From Ginkgo biloba (taxonomy: Eukaryota; Plantae; Ginkgophyta): DNA of 18,529 nt. Positions 1 through 8,940 of this stretch are shown one piece after another. Under the pieces are notes generated by a model that was not told the origin of the DNA, made no database searches, and saw nothing but the letters and a program-made list of their open reading frames with translations. A program made the position numbers and the translations under genes. The DNA lies in NCBI GenBank assembly GCA_024626585.2, contig JANKJI020000004.1, positions 175,753,971-175,772,499 on the forward strand, in the 5' to 3' direction. Position 1 is the first letter of the stretch. The number at the start of each line of letters is the position of its first letter.

Positions 1-24
1 TCTATTGTACATACAACTTTAGGA

Positions 25-342
25 ACAAATCCTTTCAAGTAGAGTCCAAAGTTGAAATAAATTTATTTGATGATAAGATGAATACAAAGTCTCTTAAGTC
101 CAAATATTTAAGTTTTAGATATATAATATTCCTACCATGTATACATAGACATGCATAATATATCATTTGTATGTTAAACTATGTCTAGGGAGGGTCTTTT
201 ATGGTAGGAGTCTTATTATAGGAAATATGAGTAGGAGAACAAGTTTCCTATCACATCTTAGTTAGCATTTAAGAAGTACTTGAAGAATAACTTCTGGCCT
301 CTATGTTATGAGGAATTAATATGCTTCAAGGGGAATGATCTT
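25..342 (+). mobile_element. Degenerate Ty3/gypsy gag fragment
   Basis: Hand translation gives KVEINLFDDKMNTKSL, then MSREGLLW*ESYYRKYE*ENKFPITS*LAFKKYLKNNFWPLCYEEL. This fits the gag pattern K(V/I)EIPxFDG...ALxWWES...IxxWxxFKxxLxxxFxPxxYEE. The LW* and TS* stops fall at expected Trp codons (TGG>TAG). Confidence 0.6.
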
Positions 343-629
343 ATTGATATTAAAAAAGTCATCAAAATTTAGTTTGAAAGGTAAGAGTAGACGTAAAATT
401 CCAAGCGTGTGAGTTCTTATGCAATGCCATTCAATATGCATCGTATTGAGTGGCGCTGCTCGTCAAGAGGGCCTAATGAGTGCATAGATTTCTCATACTC
501 TCCTCTTTCTTGGAGCCTACATAGTCATATGGTAAAAATTGATATTGACATCCATTCATTTCTTAAAAAGTCAATTGAAGTGCAATATTCATATTAAAAA
601 CGTCATCAAAATTTAGTTTGAAGGGCAAG
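342..629 (+). repeat. 44-bp direct repeat pair (342-385 and 586-629)
   Basis: TATTGATATTAAAAAAGTCATCAAAATTTAGTTTGAAAGGTAAG vs TATTCATATTAAAAACGTCATCAAAATTTAGTTTGAAGGGCAAG, 40/44 identical. Confidence 0.85.
413..527 (+). repeat. Diverged dispersed copy of the ~113-bp hairpin repeat also at 2851-3064
   Basis: Collinear with the 2851 and 2964 copies: GTTCTTATGC..GCCATTCAATATGCATCGTATTGAGTGGCGC..CCTAATGAGTGCATAGATT..TCCTCTTTCTTGGAGCCTACATAGTCA. Confidence 0.85.
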
Positions 630-842
630 GATAAACTCTATTTGAATTCTTAGTCCATCCATATGCGTGGAAGAAAACATTTGAGAGTCATTGATTAAAA
701 AAGAAGATTAGAAGGTGATGATATGTTCATATCCCCGTGTTAAAAATTTAGTGGTTGCAATAGATTCCCACGAGCATTGGAGCATTTGAATTCGTTTGTT
801 GAGCTAGAATTGGTACAACATATTCAACATGAAGAAGAGGAG

Positions 843-1175
843 ATGGCAAGGACTAAGCAAACAACAAGGAAATCAACACAGGGAAAGGCACCTTAGAAGC
901 AATTGGTGACCAAGGTTGATAAGAAGTCAACCTTGACAATAAGTGGAGTGAAAAAGCTGCATCAATTCAAGCCCATAACCATTGCTCTCAAAGAGATCAA
1001 GAAGTACCAAAAGAACAACAAGTTGTTGATTAGAAAGTGTTTCCCTTTCAATGGTTGGTGAGGGAGATTGCTTAGGAATTCAAAACAGATCTGAGGTTTC
1101 AAAGCACGACAGTGTCTACCTTGCAAGAGGATTCTAAGGCCTATCTAGTTGGCTTCTTTGAGGATAATAATATGT
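843..1175 (+). pseudogene. H3: Histone H3 pseudogene (intronless, H3.1-like), 3' end lost in a gap
   Basis: ATG at 843 reads [64 protein letters not shown]. After a frameshift at about 1038-1042 it reads [46 protein letters not shown] stops lie at 894 and 1073. F41 and the lack of H87/L90 favour replicative H3.1 over H3.3. Confidence 0.95.
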
Positions 1176-1275
1176 NNNNNNNNNNNNNNNNNNNNNNNNN
1201 NNNNNNNNNNNNNNNNNNNNNNNNNNNNNNNNNNNNNNNNNNNNNNNNNNNNNNNNNNNNNNNNNNNNNNNNNNN

Positions 1276-1475
1276 ATTAGAAAGCTATATGGAAAGCTTA
1301 GGAGTGTGAACAATAAAAAAGATGCAAGTAGGTCCTAAAATACCTGAAAAAACATCAAACAAAATAAATATCTACAAGTGCATGCATTAGAATTCACCCA
1401 AAACCATCAACTTAGCTAAACATCTAAGAATGCATTTGAAGGTTATATGGAAAACTTAGGAGATTGTACAAAAAA
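1276..1475 (+). repeat. Degenerate ~40-bp direct repeat, offset 158 bp
   Basis: ATTAGAAAGCTATATGGAAAGCTTAGGAG (1276) vs ATTTGAAGGTTATATGGAAAACTTAGGAG (1434). Confidence 0.55.
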
Positions 1476-2547
1476 TTTTTATATGGAAGGGTTCTAGATA
1501 ACTATAGGAAAGTTTTATTCGCACCAATATTTTTTGTGGAGTAGCCAAAGCTAGTGGGATAAAAAACCTTGTGCACTAGTATTTCCAAAACAAGGAAGAT
1601 CAATGTGGTTCAAGAAGGAGATTTCAACAATACAATACCCATGGGCATGCCCAATGTTCATAGGCCTCTTTTCTATATGTTAATGAATTGTGCTACTCTA
1701 GATATTTGAACCAAGGCTTACTTGGATTGTTCAAGTTAATGATGGATTGATTGAAACTCGGTCTGTGAGACCCCCTTCCTTCATTACACCATAAAGAAAA
1801 TCTTTTATCTCTTGCAAGCATATGAAAATTCAAGAATGTTGTAATAAACTTTAGAGAAGGTCAGACCACTATAGGGGTACAAGACAAGATTTTACCTCAT
1901 TTGGCATATTAACTTGAAAGAGAAAAAATGACTAATGCTATGGTTGTTAATTCACAACAGTCTTCTAGTGACGTTGTCCATTATATTTAAAATAAGAAAC
2001 ACCTCTAAATACCTATTTTGAAGTTGTAGAAGAGTGTAGTCCATCTGACAAAAGATATTTTAAAAAATGTGATAGTTTTTCGAACCCCTATAATAGAATA
2101 TGGCTTTATTAGGTGATACTTATGTTTTAGATGTTGATTTCATTAACACCTTGCTTTAGTTAGAGATAAACTTCAAAATAATGTTATTTTTAGTACTTAT
2201 CATACTCAAATTACAATATTGACGATTGCATAATTAATTGTTTGTTTTAACTAACAAAAATGATTTTCTTTGTCTTCGTTTAAAAAGCTTGTGTTTAAAA
2301 ATTCAATTCATGTTTTGTAATTATTGAAAAGCATTTTAAAATAATGATAAAATCACTTACCATCAAATTGCATGGACTTGCCACTACCCCGACTCTTGTT
2401 AACTATTACACCCTCTTTAAAATTTGAACGTTTTCATAAATGTAGCTAAACAATGCTTGATCTCATCTTGGAGATCTGAAGTTTTAAAGAATTTATTGTT
2501 GTTGAAATAAAACAGACTTGCCAAAAAAATTAAATATATTTCTTTCG

Positions 2548-2790
2548 ATTTCACTTAAACGTACACGTGTGAACTGGGATCATGTGAAATTGAGGCAAGT
2601 GCACGATGCCGCGTGCTATAAATTTCAAAAGACGCATAGAGTGAACTGTGATAATGTGAAATTGAGTCACTTGGACGGTGCCGAGTGCTGGAAATTGAAA
2701 GACGCACAGCTCACTCCAATTTCACTTAAACGTAAGTGTGAACTGTGATCATGTGAAATTGACTCAATTGCACGATGCGCGTGGTGAAAG
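2548..2790 (+). repeat. Short tandem repeat array, three copies of a 45-72 bp unit
   Basis: GTGAACTG(G/T)GAT(C/A)ATGTGAAATTGA..G(C/G)ACG(A/G)TGC.. starts at 2569, 2641 and 2738. ATTTCACTTAAACGTA occurs at 2548 and 2719. Confidence 0.9.
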
Positions 2791-2816
2791 GTCCCTCCTG
2801 TGAATCATTGGTAGCA

Positions 2817-3064
2817 AAGAAATCTATGCACTTGTCAGATCCTCCCTGGCGTCCTTACGCATTGCCATTCAACATGCAGCGAATTCAGTGGCGCCGCGTG
2901 AGGAGGACCTGATGAGCACATAGATTCTTTACACTCCCCTCCTCCTCGGAGCGTAAAGAGTCAGTCCTTACGCGACGCCATTCAATACGCAGCGAATTGA
3001 GTGGCGCCGGGTAGGGAGGACCTGAGGAGCGCATAGATTGCTCACCCCCCTCTTCCTCGGAGCC
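2817..3064 (+). repeat. Two tandem ~113-bp GC-rich hairpin units (2851-2963, 2964-3064) preceded by an inverted half copy (2817-2849)
   Basis: Both units read GTCCTTACGC..GCCATTCAA..GCAGCGAATT(C/G)AGTGGCGCCG..GGAGGACCTGA(T/G)GAGC(A/G)CATAGATT..CCTC(C/T)TCCTCGGAGC. The reverse complement of 2817-2849 contains GGGAGGATCTGACAAGTGCATAGATTTCT, which matches the 3' half of the unit. Confidence 0.9.
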
Positions 3065-3947
3065 TCGATGGTGTGAACTATTTTCCCACAACGGCTATTC
3101 GGTAATCAATTTTAATATCTTATCCCACATAGAGATGCGGCCACGTATATTATACAGGTGGCCCGCTGCTGTGAAGGAAAGAGACGTTAGAAAACGTATA
3201 GGGTAGTTGGCTGCCGACAAACGATCTGTAAAAAACCATGTCCAGTCAGTCAATGACATAGCAAGGAGGACACCGAGGGTCTCGTTGGTTTGTAAAACAT
3301 TTTTATTGGAATGCCAACGAGCCTGTTCCGTGTATTTGACTCATCGGTGGCGATTAGGCATTTGTCGTTCTTCTTCCGGCGGATTTTTAAACACCGTTCG
3401 AATGCTCAGTCCGGGAGAAGCAATGAATGTGAAGTTCACAGTTGAGACATGGAATGGACAGCGATGGGATTTGGTTGGGGGTGGCAAATGGTTTGCCGTT
3501 GTAGGGTATGGTAGGGCCTACATAGTTATCCTCCCTGTCTGTTGCACGGGCCTTGTGTGATGCCGACCTTTATTCGCGAAAGGGGCATTCAAACGGGGTG
3601 AATAATGAACCCATCAATAAAGGGATGGACACATGGCAACCATCTTAGTGCTTTGACGTCATGTGTGATGTCATATGAGGTGGCTAATTTTTGGGCATGA
3701 ACTATGCGCCCTTCAACTCGCAATTAAATACGAGTTGGTGGGCGTATCGTCCCACGCCCTTCACCCCCTCCTCCTACCCAACGCTCCACTACGTGGGCAT
3801 GGTTAATTCCATGGTGTGGCATTGACTGTGGCCCATGTTGGCCACCTTGGCCAGCAGATGGGATGTGCCCTTCAAGCCTCCCTCCCTCAACCTCGACATC
3901 GACACTTTTGCTAAGCATAGAAACTCAGAACTAGAAACTAGAGCAAG

Positions 3948-4041
3948 GTTCTCTCTCCTTTTGGTTCTGCGTTTCCCTCTATATTTGCCCTAGAGCACGG
4001 GCAAATATAGAGGGAAATGCATAACCAAAAGGAGAGAGAAC
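3948..4041. repeat. Near-perfect inverted repeat (43-bp arms, 8-nt loop)
   Basis: GTTCTCTCTCCTTTTGGTTCTGCGTTTCCCTCTATATTTGCCC-tagagcac-GGGCAAATATAGAGGGAAATGCATAACCAAAAGGAGAGAGAAC. 41/43 positions are Watson-Crick, with one G.U and one mismatch. Confidence 0.95.
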
Positions 4042-4056
4042 GCAGGGGCATAGAAA

Positions 4057-4332
4057 ATGCAGAGATTGAAACAAAGTGGAAGTGGCATATTAGAAGAGGA
4101 AGTGGGTGTTGTTGTGGAGTTGTGTAGGGGTATAGATGGTGATCAGGTTCGAAAAGACAACGTAGAAAGGATTGTGAAGATGTTTTTGGATGGTAACGAT
4201 AAGAAAGGAACCAAATTAAGGAAAAGAGCGATGGATTTGAAAGCAGCAACGAGGATAACTGTTTCATCTAGCGGTTCTTCGATAACTCATTTGGATGACT
4301 ATACAAAAACTCAAGTATTCGAAGGGCATTAA
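4057..4332 (+). pseudogene. C-terminal fragment of a plant family-1 UDP-glycosyltransferase (UGT); recognisable homology starts at about 4087
   Basis: ILEEEVGVVVELCRGIDGDQVRKDNVERIVKMFLDGNDKKGTKLRKRAMDLKAATRITVSSSGSSITHLDDY matches the post-PSPG tail of plant UGTs (GVGVE...V..E.VER.V..LM...G..+RKRA.+LK.AA..AV..GGSS..+LD.F). The PSPG box and N-terminal domain are missing from the ungapped upstream sequence. Confidence 0.85.
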
Positions 4333-4358
4333 GAATCAGTGCTAAGGAATATTAAGGG

Positions 4359-4590
4359 AATATTTACAAATATTTGAGCATGTATGAATGAATTTCACTA
4401 CCATTTGATTGTTGTAAATATTTCTCAATTTATTTCTTAGTAGTGACATATTTTGAAGATGTATTATATTCATCCCCCCATTCATTCAGTAAATTATGGT
4501 TTTCTGAGATTCCATAGTCTCATCTTCTATTTCTAGCAATATTTACAAATATTTTAGCATGTACGAATGGACTTCACTATCATTTGATTG
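4359..4590 (+). repeat. 53-bp direct repeat pair (4359-4411, 4538-4590) downstream of the UGT fragment
   Basis: AATATTTACAAATATTTGAGCATGTATGAATGAATTTCACTACCATTTGATTG vs AATATTTACAAATATTTTAGCATGTACGAATGGACTTCACTATCATTTGATTG. Confidence 0.85.
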
Positions 4591-5606
4591 CTTTTTGTTC
4601 TATCTCTTTCTTATTCATCACGTAAAATGTTTGCAATTTACTCACCATGTCTTAATTTGAGCTTCCCTCCGTCGCAAGTGGTGTTACTTTTCGATAATAA
4701 TTTCATCGAAATCGAGTTTGTTTTACTAAGTTTTTCACCAAATAATATGCGTGATTATTTTAATTCCAACTCTTCAATAAAATTTTAACTTTGTTGAACT
4801 TCCACAATCTTTTTGGCATTAGAGTTTCAAGTGTGTGCAATCTAAAACTCATTTTTTTGTGCATCATAAAGTATGAAGTTTGGTTTGACCAACATTGGAT
4901 TTGATACCGTTTTCCAGAAAACAAAAGACTTCAAATATAGAGCATATGAAACACCTTTGTGATGGAAGGCCAATTAATCCAAATATGAGGAAAAAAAACA
5001 TCCTTCATCAACCACACAAGTAAACTATCATGTTGTAATATCTTTTGTAATGCATCACTCTTTTGTAATGTGAGAATTGCTCTCTTTTCCTAGATTCATT
5101 GCCCTCCTCAATTTATGACTTTTTGGATGTAATCCCCATCTTACAATTGATTCTACCATACGGGGCACCATGTGTTGGAGGTGCCATCTTTTCAACTTGT
5201 CTTGTCCTCCATGGAGGTGTCACTGTCACATCCTTCACTATATATGACATGTTTTGCTATGCGTCACATGTGGCTTAAAATAACCATGATATGTTGAGGA
5301 ATATGATATGTCGAGGGATCAAATTTGATTGGAAAGGTCCTCCTTCCTTGTGAAAGGTTATTTGTATTATAAATTGTCAAATAAAATATTAGGAATAACC
5401 CTTCTTTTGACATGAAAAANNNNNNNNNNNNNNNNNNNNNNNNNNNNNNNNNNNNNNNNNNNNNNNNNNNNNNNNNNNNNNNNNNNNNNNNNNNNNNNNN
5501 NNNNNNNNNNNNNNNNNNNTTTTGGTAACTTTACTCTTCATTAACAAATTAATAAATAGTGTATGATTATTATATATAATATAATGTTTTTAATCACTTC
5601 ATAACT

Positions 5607-6084
5607 CTTTGTGTTCCATCGGGTGACTTAAGGTATAAATTGATAAGGTAATCACACTATGGCACTTTGGTGCTAGAAAAAACATGCATATTTTTTTAAA
5701 AATAAATTATTGTTTAAGAATGAAGAAAGATTTAATATATCACATCAAGTCATGTATTACTTATTTTATTATTAAATTGAAAAATAAGAATTTAGGGATA
5801 TATAACCCACTATTAATTCTATCTAGGCCTTTAGAGTCTATTTTAATAGATTTATTGGGTCAATTATAATTCATTCAGTCATAATATAATAAAATTATAA
5901 AAATGGTGGATTATTTCTTAGAAATGGAAATTTTTATATCATGTTGAAGGACTATAATATGTTATGAGGTTACTTGCTTGTATTTTATATAATTATAAGT
6001 GTATTTATATTGCACATGTCTTCCATTTCCAATTGTGATAGTAAATTTCTCTCTCACTTTTGAAAAACATTATGGAAATTATTA
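5607..6084 (+). mobile_element. Degenerate Ty3/gypsy integrase (zinc-binding region and start of the core)
   Basis: LCVPSGDLRYKLIR*SH..FGARKT..RMKKDLIYHIKSC..NKNLGIYNPLLILSRPLESILIDLLGQL..VDYFLEMEIFISC*RTI..DSKFLSHF*KTLWKLL, compared with the consensus LCVP..EAH..GHFG..KT..GLY.PLPIP.RPWESISMDF..VDRFSKMA.FIPC..DRDSKF.SHFW.TLW. Confidence 0.8.
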
Positions 6085-6199
6085 GTTTTATTACCCTAAT
6101 TAGTGATAAGTAGTGATTAATTAGTATTACAACTTTACATAACATTGTGTATTATTTAGTAAATAAAGTAGTTGTTATAAATATTAATTTATGAAAAGA

Positions 6200-6526
6200 G
6201 TCATATAGTGAAGATGTGCCTCTGAATAAAGAAACCATTAACCCTTTGAGGATCTATATAATACATTGTTAGCCCATTTGTAATCATATCATATCATCAA
6301 ATTATTACCTCTTTTATTCTTCTCTCTTTGAGATGGCCTTTTCTACTTTGGGAAGAAGGCGATCCCAATTTTAGAAGGTATATTATGGTGCAAGTACCCC
6401 ACATCCCTTATTATTTTCTAATTACTATTATTATAGAATTATTATATATTCTTTATATATAAAATTATTAAATTCTTTATATTCTTTAGTAGTTTTTAAT
6501 TTGGGTCACTACAAGTGGTATCAAAG
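6200..6526 (+). mobile_element. Putative 5' LTR 3' end (..CACTACA, 6513) plus tRNA-iMet primer-binding site (6516-6526); LTR start not defined
   Basis: A CA terminus, a 2-nt spacer, then TGGTATCAAAG, one mismatch from the canonical TGGTATCAGAG. A TATA-like CTATATAATA lies at about 6254. A short gag-like ORF (MDSRIDSTSIKLSAIDTKLD..) follows at about 6637. Confidence 0.6.
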
Positions 6527-7685
6527 ACTTAACATTCCTATACTAAGAGAGGTGTATAGTACTTATAAGACAACAAAAATATATAGAGGAAAAAGGGAAG
6601 ACTAAAAAAAGTAATACAAAGTCTACCTATAAGAAAATGGATTCTAGGATTGATAGCACTAGCATCAAGTTAAGTGCAATAGACACCAAGTTAGATCTAA
6701 TCCCCCAATGGCTTGGCCCATTACTAGAAGGAATGGACAAAATATCAAATGACCAAATCAAGAGATAATTGGTATTGATAAAACGACCACAAGCCAAACC
6801 ACCACATGAATGGAAGGAGGTTGAATGGGTTGCAACTCAGTCATACATTCATGATGTGATTCAACAAATATCCAAGTGCATACTCAAAGGATAATGTGAT
6901 GAAGTTGTAGCAACTCAAGATAATNNNNNNNNNNNNNNNNNNNNNNNNNNNNNNNNNNNNNNNNNNNNNNNNNNNNNNNNNNNNNNNNNNNNNNNNNNNN
7001 NNNNNNNNNNNNNNNNNNNNNNNNNNNNNTTATAACATCATCTAGGGCGCATTTCTCAAGTGATTAAGGGTTTTGAAGGCATGTGGAGGATATGTTACTA
7101 TCTAAGTGATGTACCCACTTGGTAGGAGGATGAAGAAATGGCCTTCAAAATGTGTTGTAGAATTGATTTATAATTAAACTAAGGGGGTAATCAGTGTTGT
7201 ATTTTCTTGCACTCTTCCTTCATCATAGAATTTTAGCTTTCTGTCCTTCTATACGGTCTTTTCTTCTTCCTATACAGCTTGTCCCTATAATATTGTGTCT
7301 ATGCGCATGGTCCAGTCAAATTCTATGGAATTACGTGCCCCTATAGCACACATAAATATAGTACCATGTTAGTGCACCATAAAAAAATGGTAAATTATGC
7401 GTTCACACGATACGATCTGCGAGAAGCCAAAAACTCAAATAGAGATCCGAGAAACATCGTGCTCTTGCACACAATGTGAGATATCAATCTGTACACACTT
7501 GTTGAAGTTTCCAATATCTACATAATATCCAAAGGGATCTAAAATGCACTACTATAATTGGACAACAAGATCAAATCATCATCTCNNNNNNNNNNNNNNN
7601 NNNNNNNNNNNNNNNNNNNNNNNNNNNNNNNNNNNNNNNNNNNNNNNNNNNNNNNNNNNNNNNNNNNNNNNNNNNNNNNNNNNNN

Positions 7686-8940
7686 AAGGGTGCATATGTG
7701 ATAGAATGATTATGAATGATATATGGCTTGAAATCTTCTATGGCCTTCATAATAGCATTTTATTTTCAACGTGTATGTACTTGAGTTGGTAATATTTCAA
7801 AGAATGACTGAGGAAAAAAATTAGCTTCTCTTGACCTTCATAATCCTTCTGCATGATCATATCCATGTATGCCTCATCTGAAGCATAAGAATACATGATA
7901 AAATCTTTGTTGAAATATGCCCTAGCTAGGATAGGGGCCTTAGAGATATAGTACTTAATCTAAGTAAATGCCTCTTTGGCCTCCTGGTTCCACTTGATCT
8001 TAGCATATTTTCTCAGTATATTATTGATGGGAAATGTGACCCATGAAAATTTAGGAATGAACCTCCTTAAGAAATTTGTTTTCCTAGAGAAGAATTGCAA
8101 TCCTTTCTTCCTTGATGGTAGGGGAAGATCCTTAATGGATTTCACCTAGTTGAGATCAATATAAGTTTCGTACTTAAAAAATATATGGCCTAGTAATTTT
8201 CCCTTTGTGACTCTTAGGACAAATTTCTTGGGATTTAGAGAGATTCCCCACTCTCTATACCTTTGGAAAACCAACTTTAAATTTTTAATATGATCTCCTC
8301 TATCTTTTAATAAAATCATAAAATCATCCAAGTAGATTACTAATCTCTCCAATAAATCCTTCAAAAGAAAAGTACATAGCTCTTTAAAAAGTGGTATCAA
8401 TATTAATTAGTCCAAACAACATCCTTCTATTAGAAAAAGTGCCCCAAATAGTTATAAATGCATTCTTGAACCTATCTTCTTCTACTACTAGGATTGGTTA
8501 TATCCCAACAAACCATTAAGGAGGGGCATCATGCCAAATCCAATGACAAATTATAATATTCAATACATCCTAGGCATAGGGTAACTATCCTTAAGTGATT
8601 CATTTTTCAAGTTCTAGAATTCAATGCATAATCAAATCTCCCCATTCTTCTTTTTTACTAGGACTAATCTAGCCAATTAGGTAGAATATCTTATAGGAAA
8701 AATAATAATATCCTCTCTCAACTTTTGCACTTCATGCCAAATCAAATCTTTGATTTAGGGATTAACATTCCTTTGATTCTATATGAAGGGATTCACTAGA
8801 TTTAAATGTATGGTTTGTTCAATGACCTTTGGATCAAATACCTTTAACGCGCTATAATCCAAAGAAAATATATTGTTGTATATCTTACAAAGGTCCAATA
8901 TAATTTTTTATTCATCTTTTGAATAACATTATCCAACTTG
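7686..8940 (-). mobile_element. Degenerate Ty3/gypsy pol: reverse transcriptase plus RNase H
   Basis: The minus strand gives KKKNGEI*LCIEF*NL..LKDSYPMP..GYNQ..WGTF..RMLFGLIN, then VIYLDD (about 8323-8340), GISLNPKK..GKLLGHI and NFLRRFIP..IKWNQEAKEAF. An RNase H-like YSYASD..QKD..EG follows. There are many stops and frameshifts. Confidence 0.92.

Noticed and set aside
595-745. Histone promoter elements (ACGTCA hexamer at about 600)
   Set aside because: There is no paired CGCGGATC octamer, and the hexamer lies in a direct repeat whose other copy lacks it.
2785-2930. Hammerhead ribozyme or retrozyme, suggested by CTGATGAG at 2909 and GAAAGGTC at about 2786
   Set aside because: No stem II closed by GAAA follows the CUGAUGA, no stem III can be built, and the 413-527 copy has CTAATGA. 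The complementarity is explained by the inverted repeat.
2851-2963. tRNA-derived SINE, from the A-box-like TGGCGCCGCGTG
   Set aside because: No B box (GTTCRA), no A/T-rich tail and no TSD.
2548-3064. CRISPR-like array
   Set aside because: The context is eukaryotic, the units are long and degenerate with no unique equal-length spacers, and there are no cas genes.
3119-3145. CTTATCCCACATAGAGATGCGGCC resembles my recollection of the plant RNase MRP RNA P8 region, with AACGGGG at about 3592
   Set aside because: The required GAAAGTCCCC (CR-I) is not immediately upstream and a proper P4 helix cannot be formed. Probably chance; cmscan would settle it.
2518-3918. ORFs 2518-2748, 2885-3091, 3207-3560 and 3724-3918 as genes
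   Set aside because: No recognisable domains. They run through repeats or GC-rich sequence where stop codons are rare, and some use non-ATG starts (2518 and 3207 begin with TTG).
3938-4267. 109-aa minus-strand ORF
   Set aside because: It is the antisense shadow of the UGT fragment and the hairpin.
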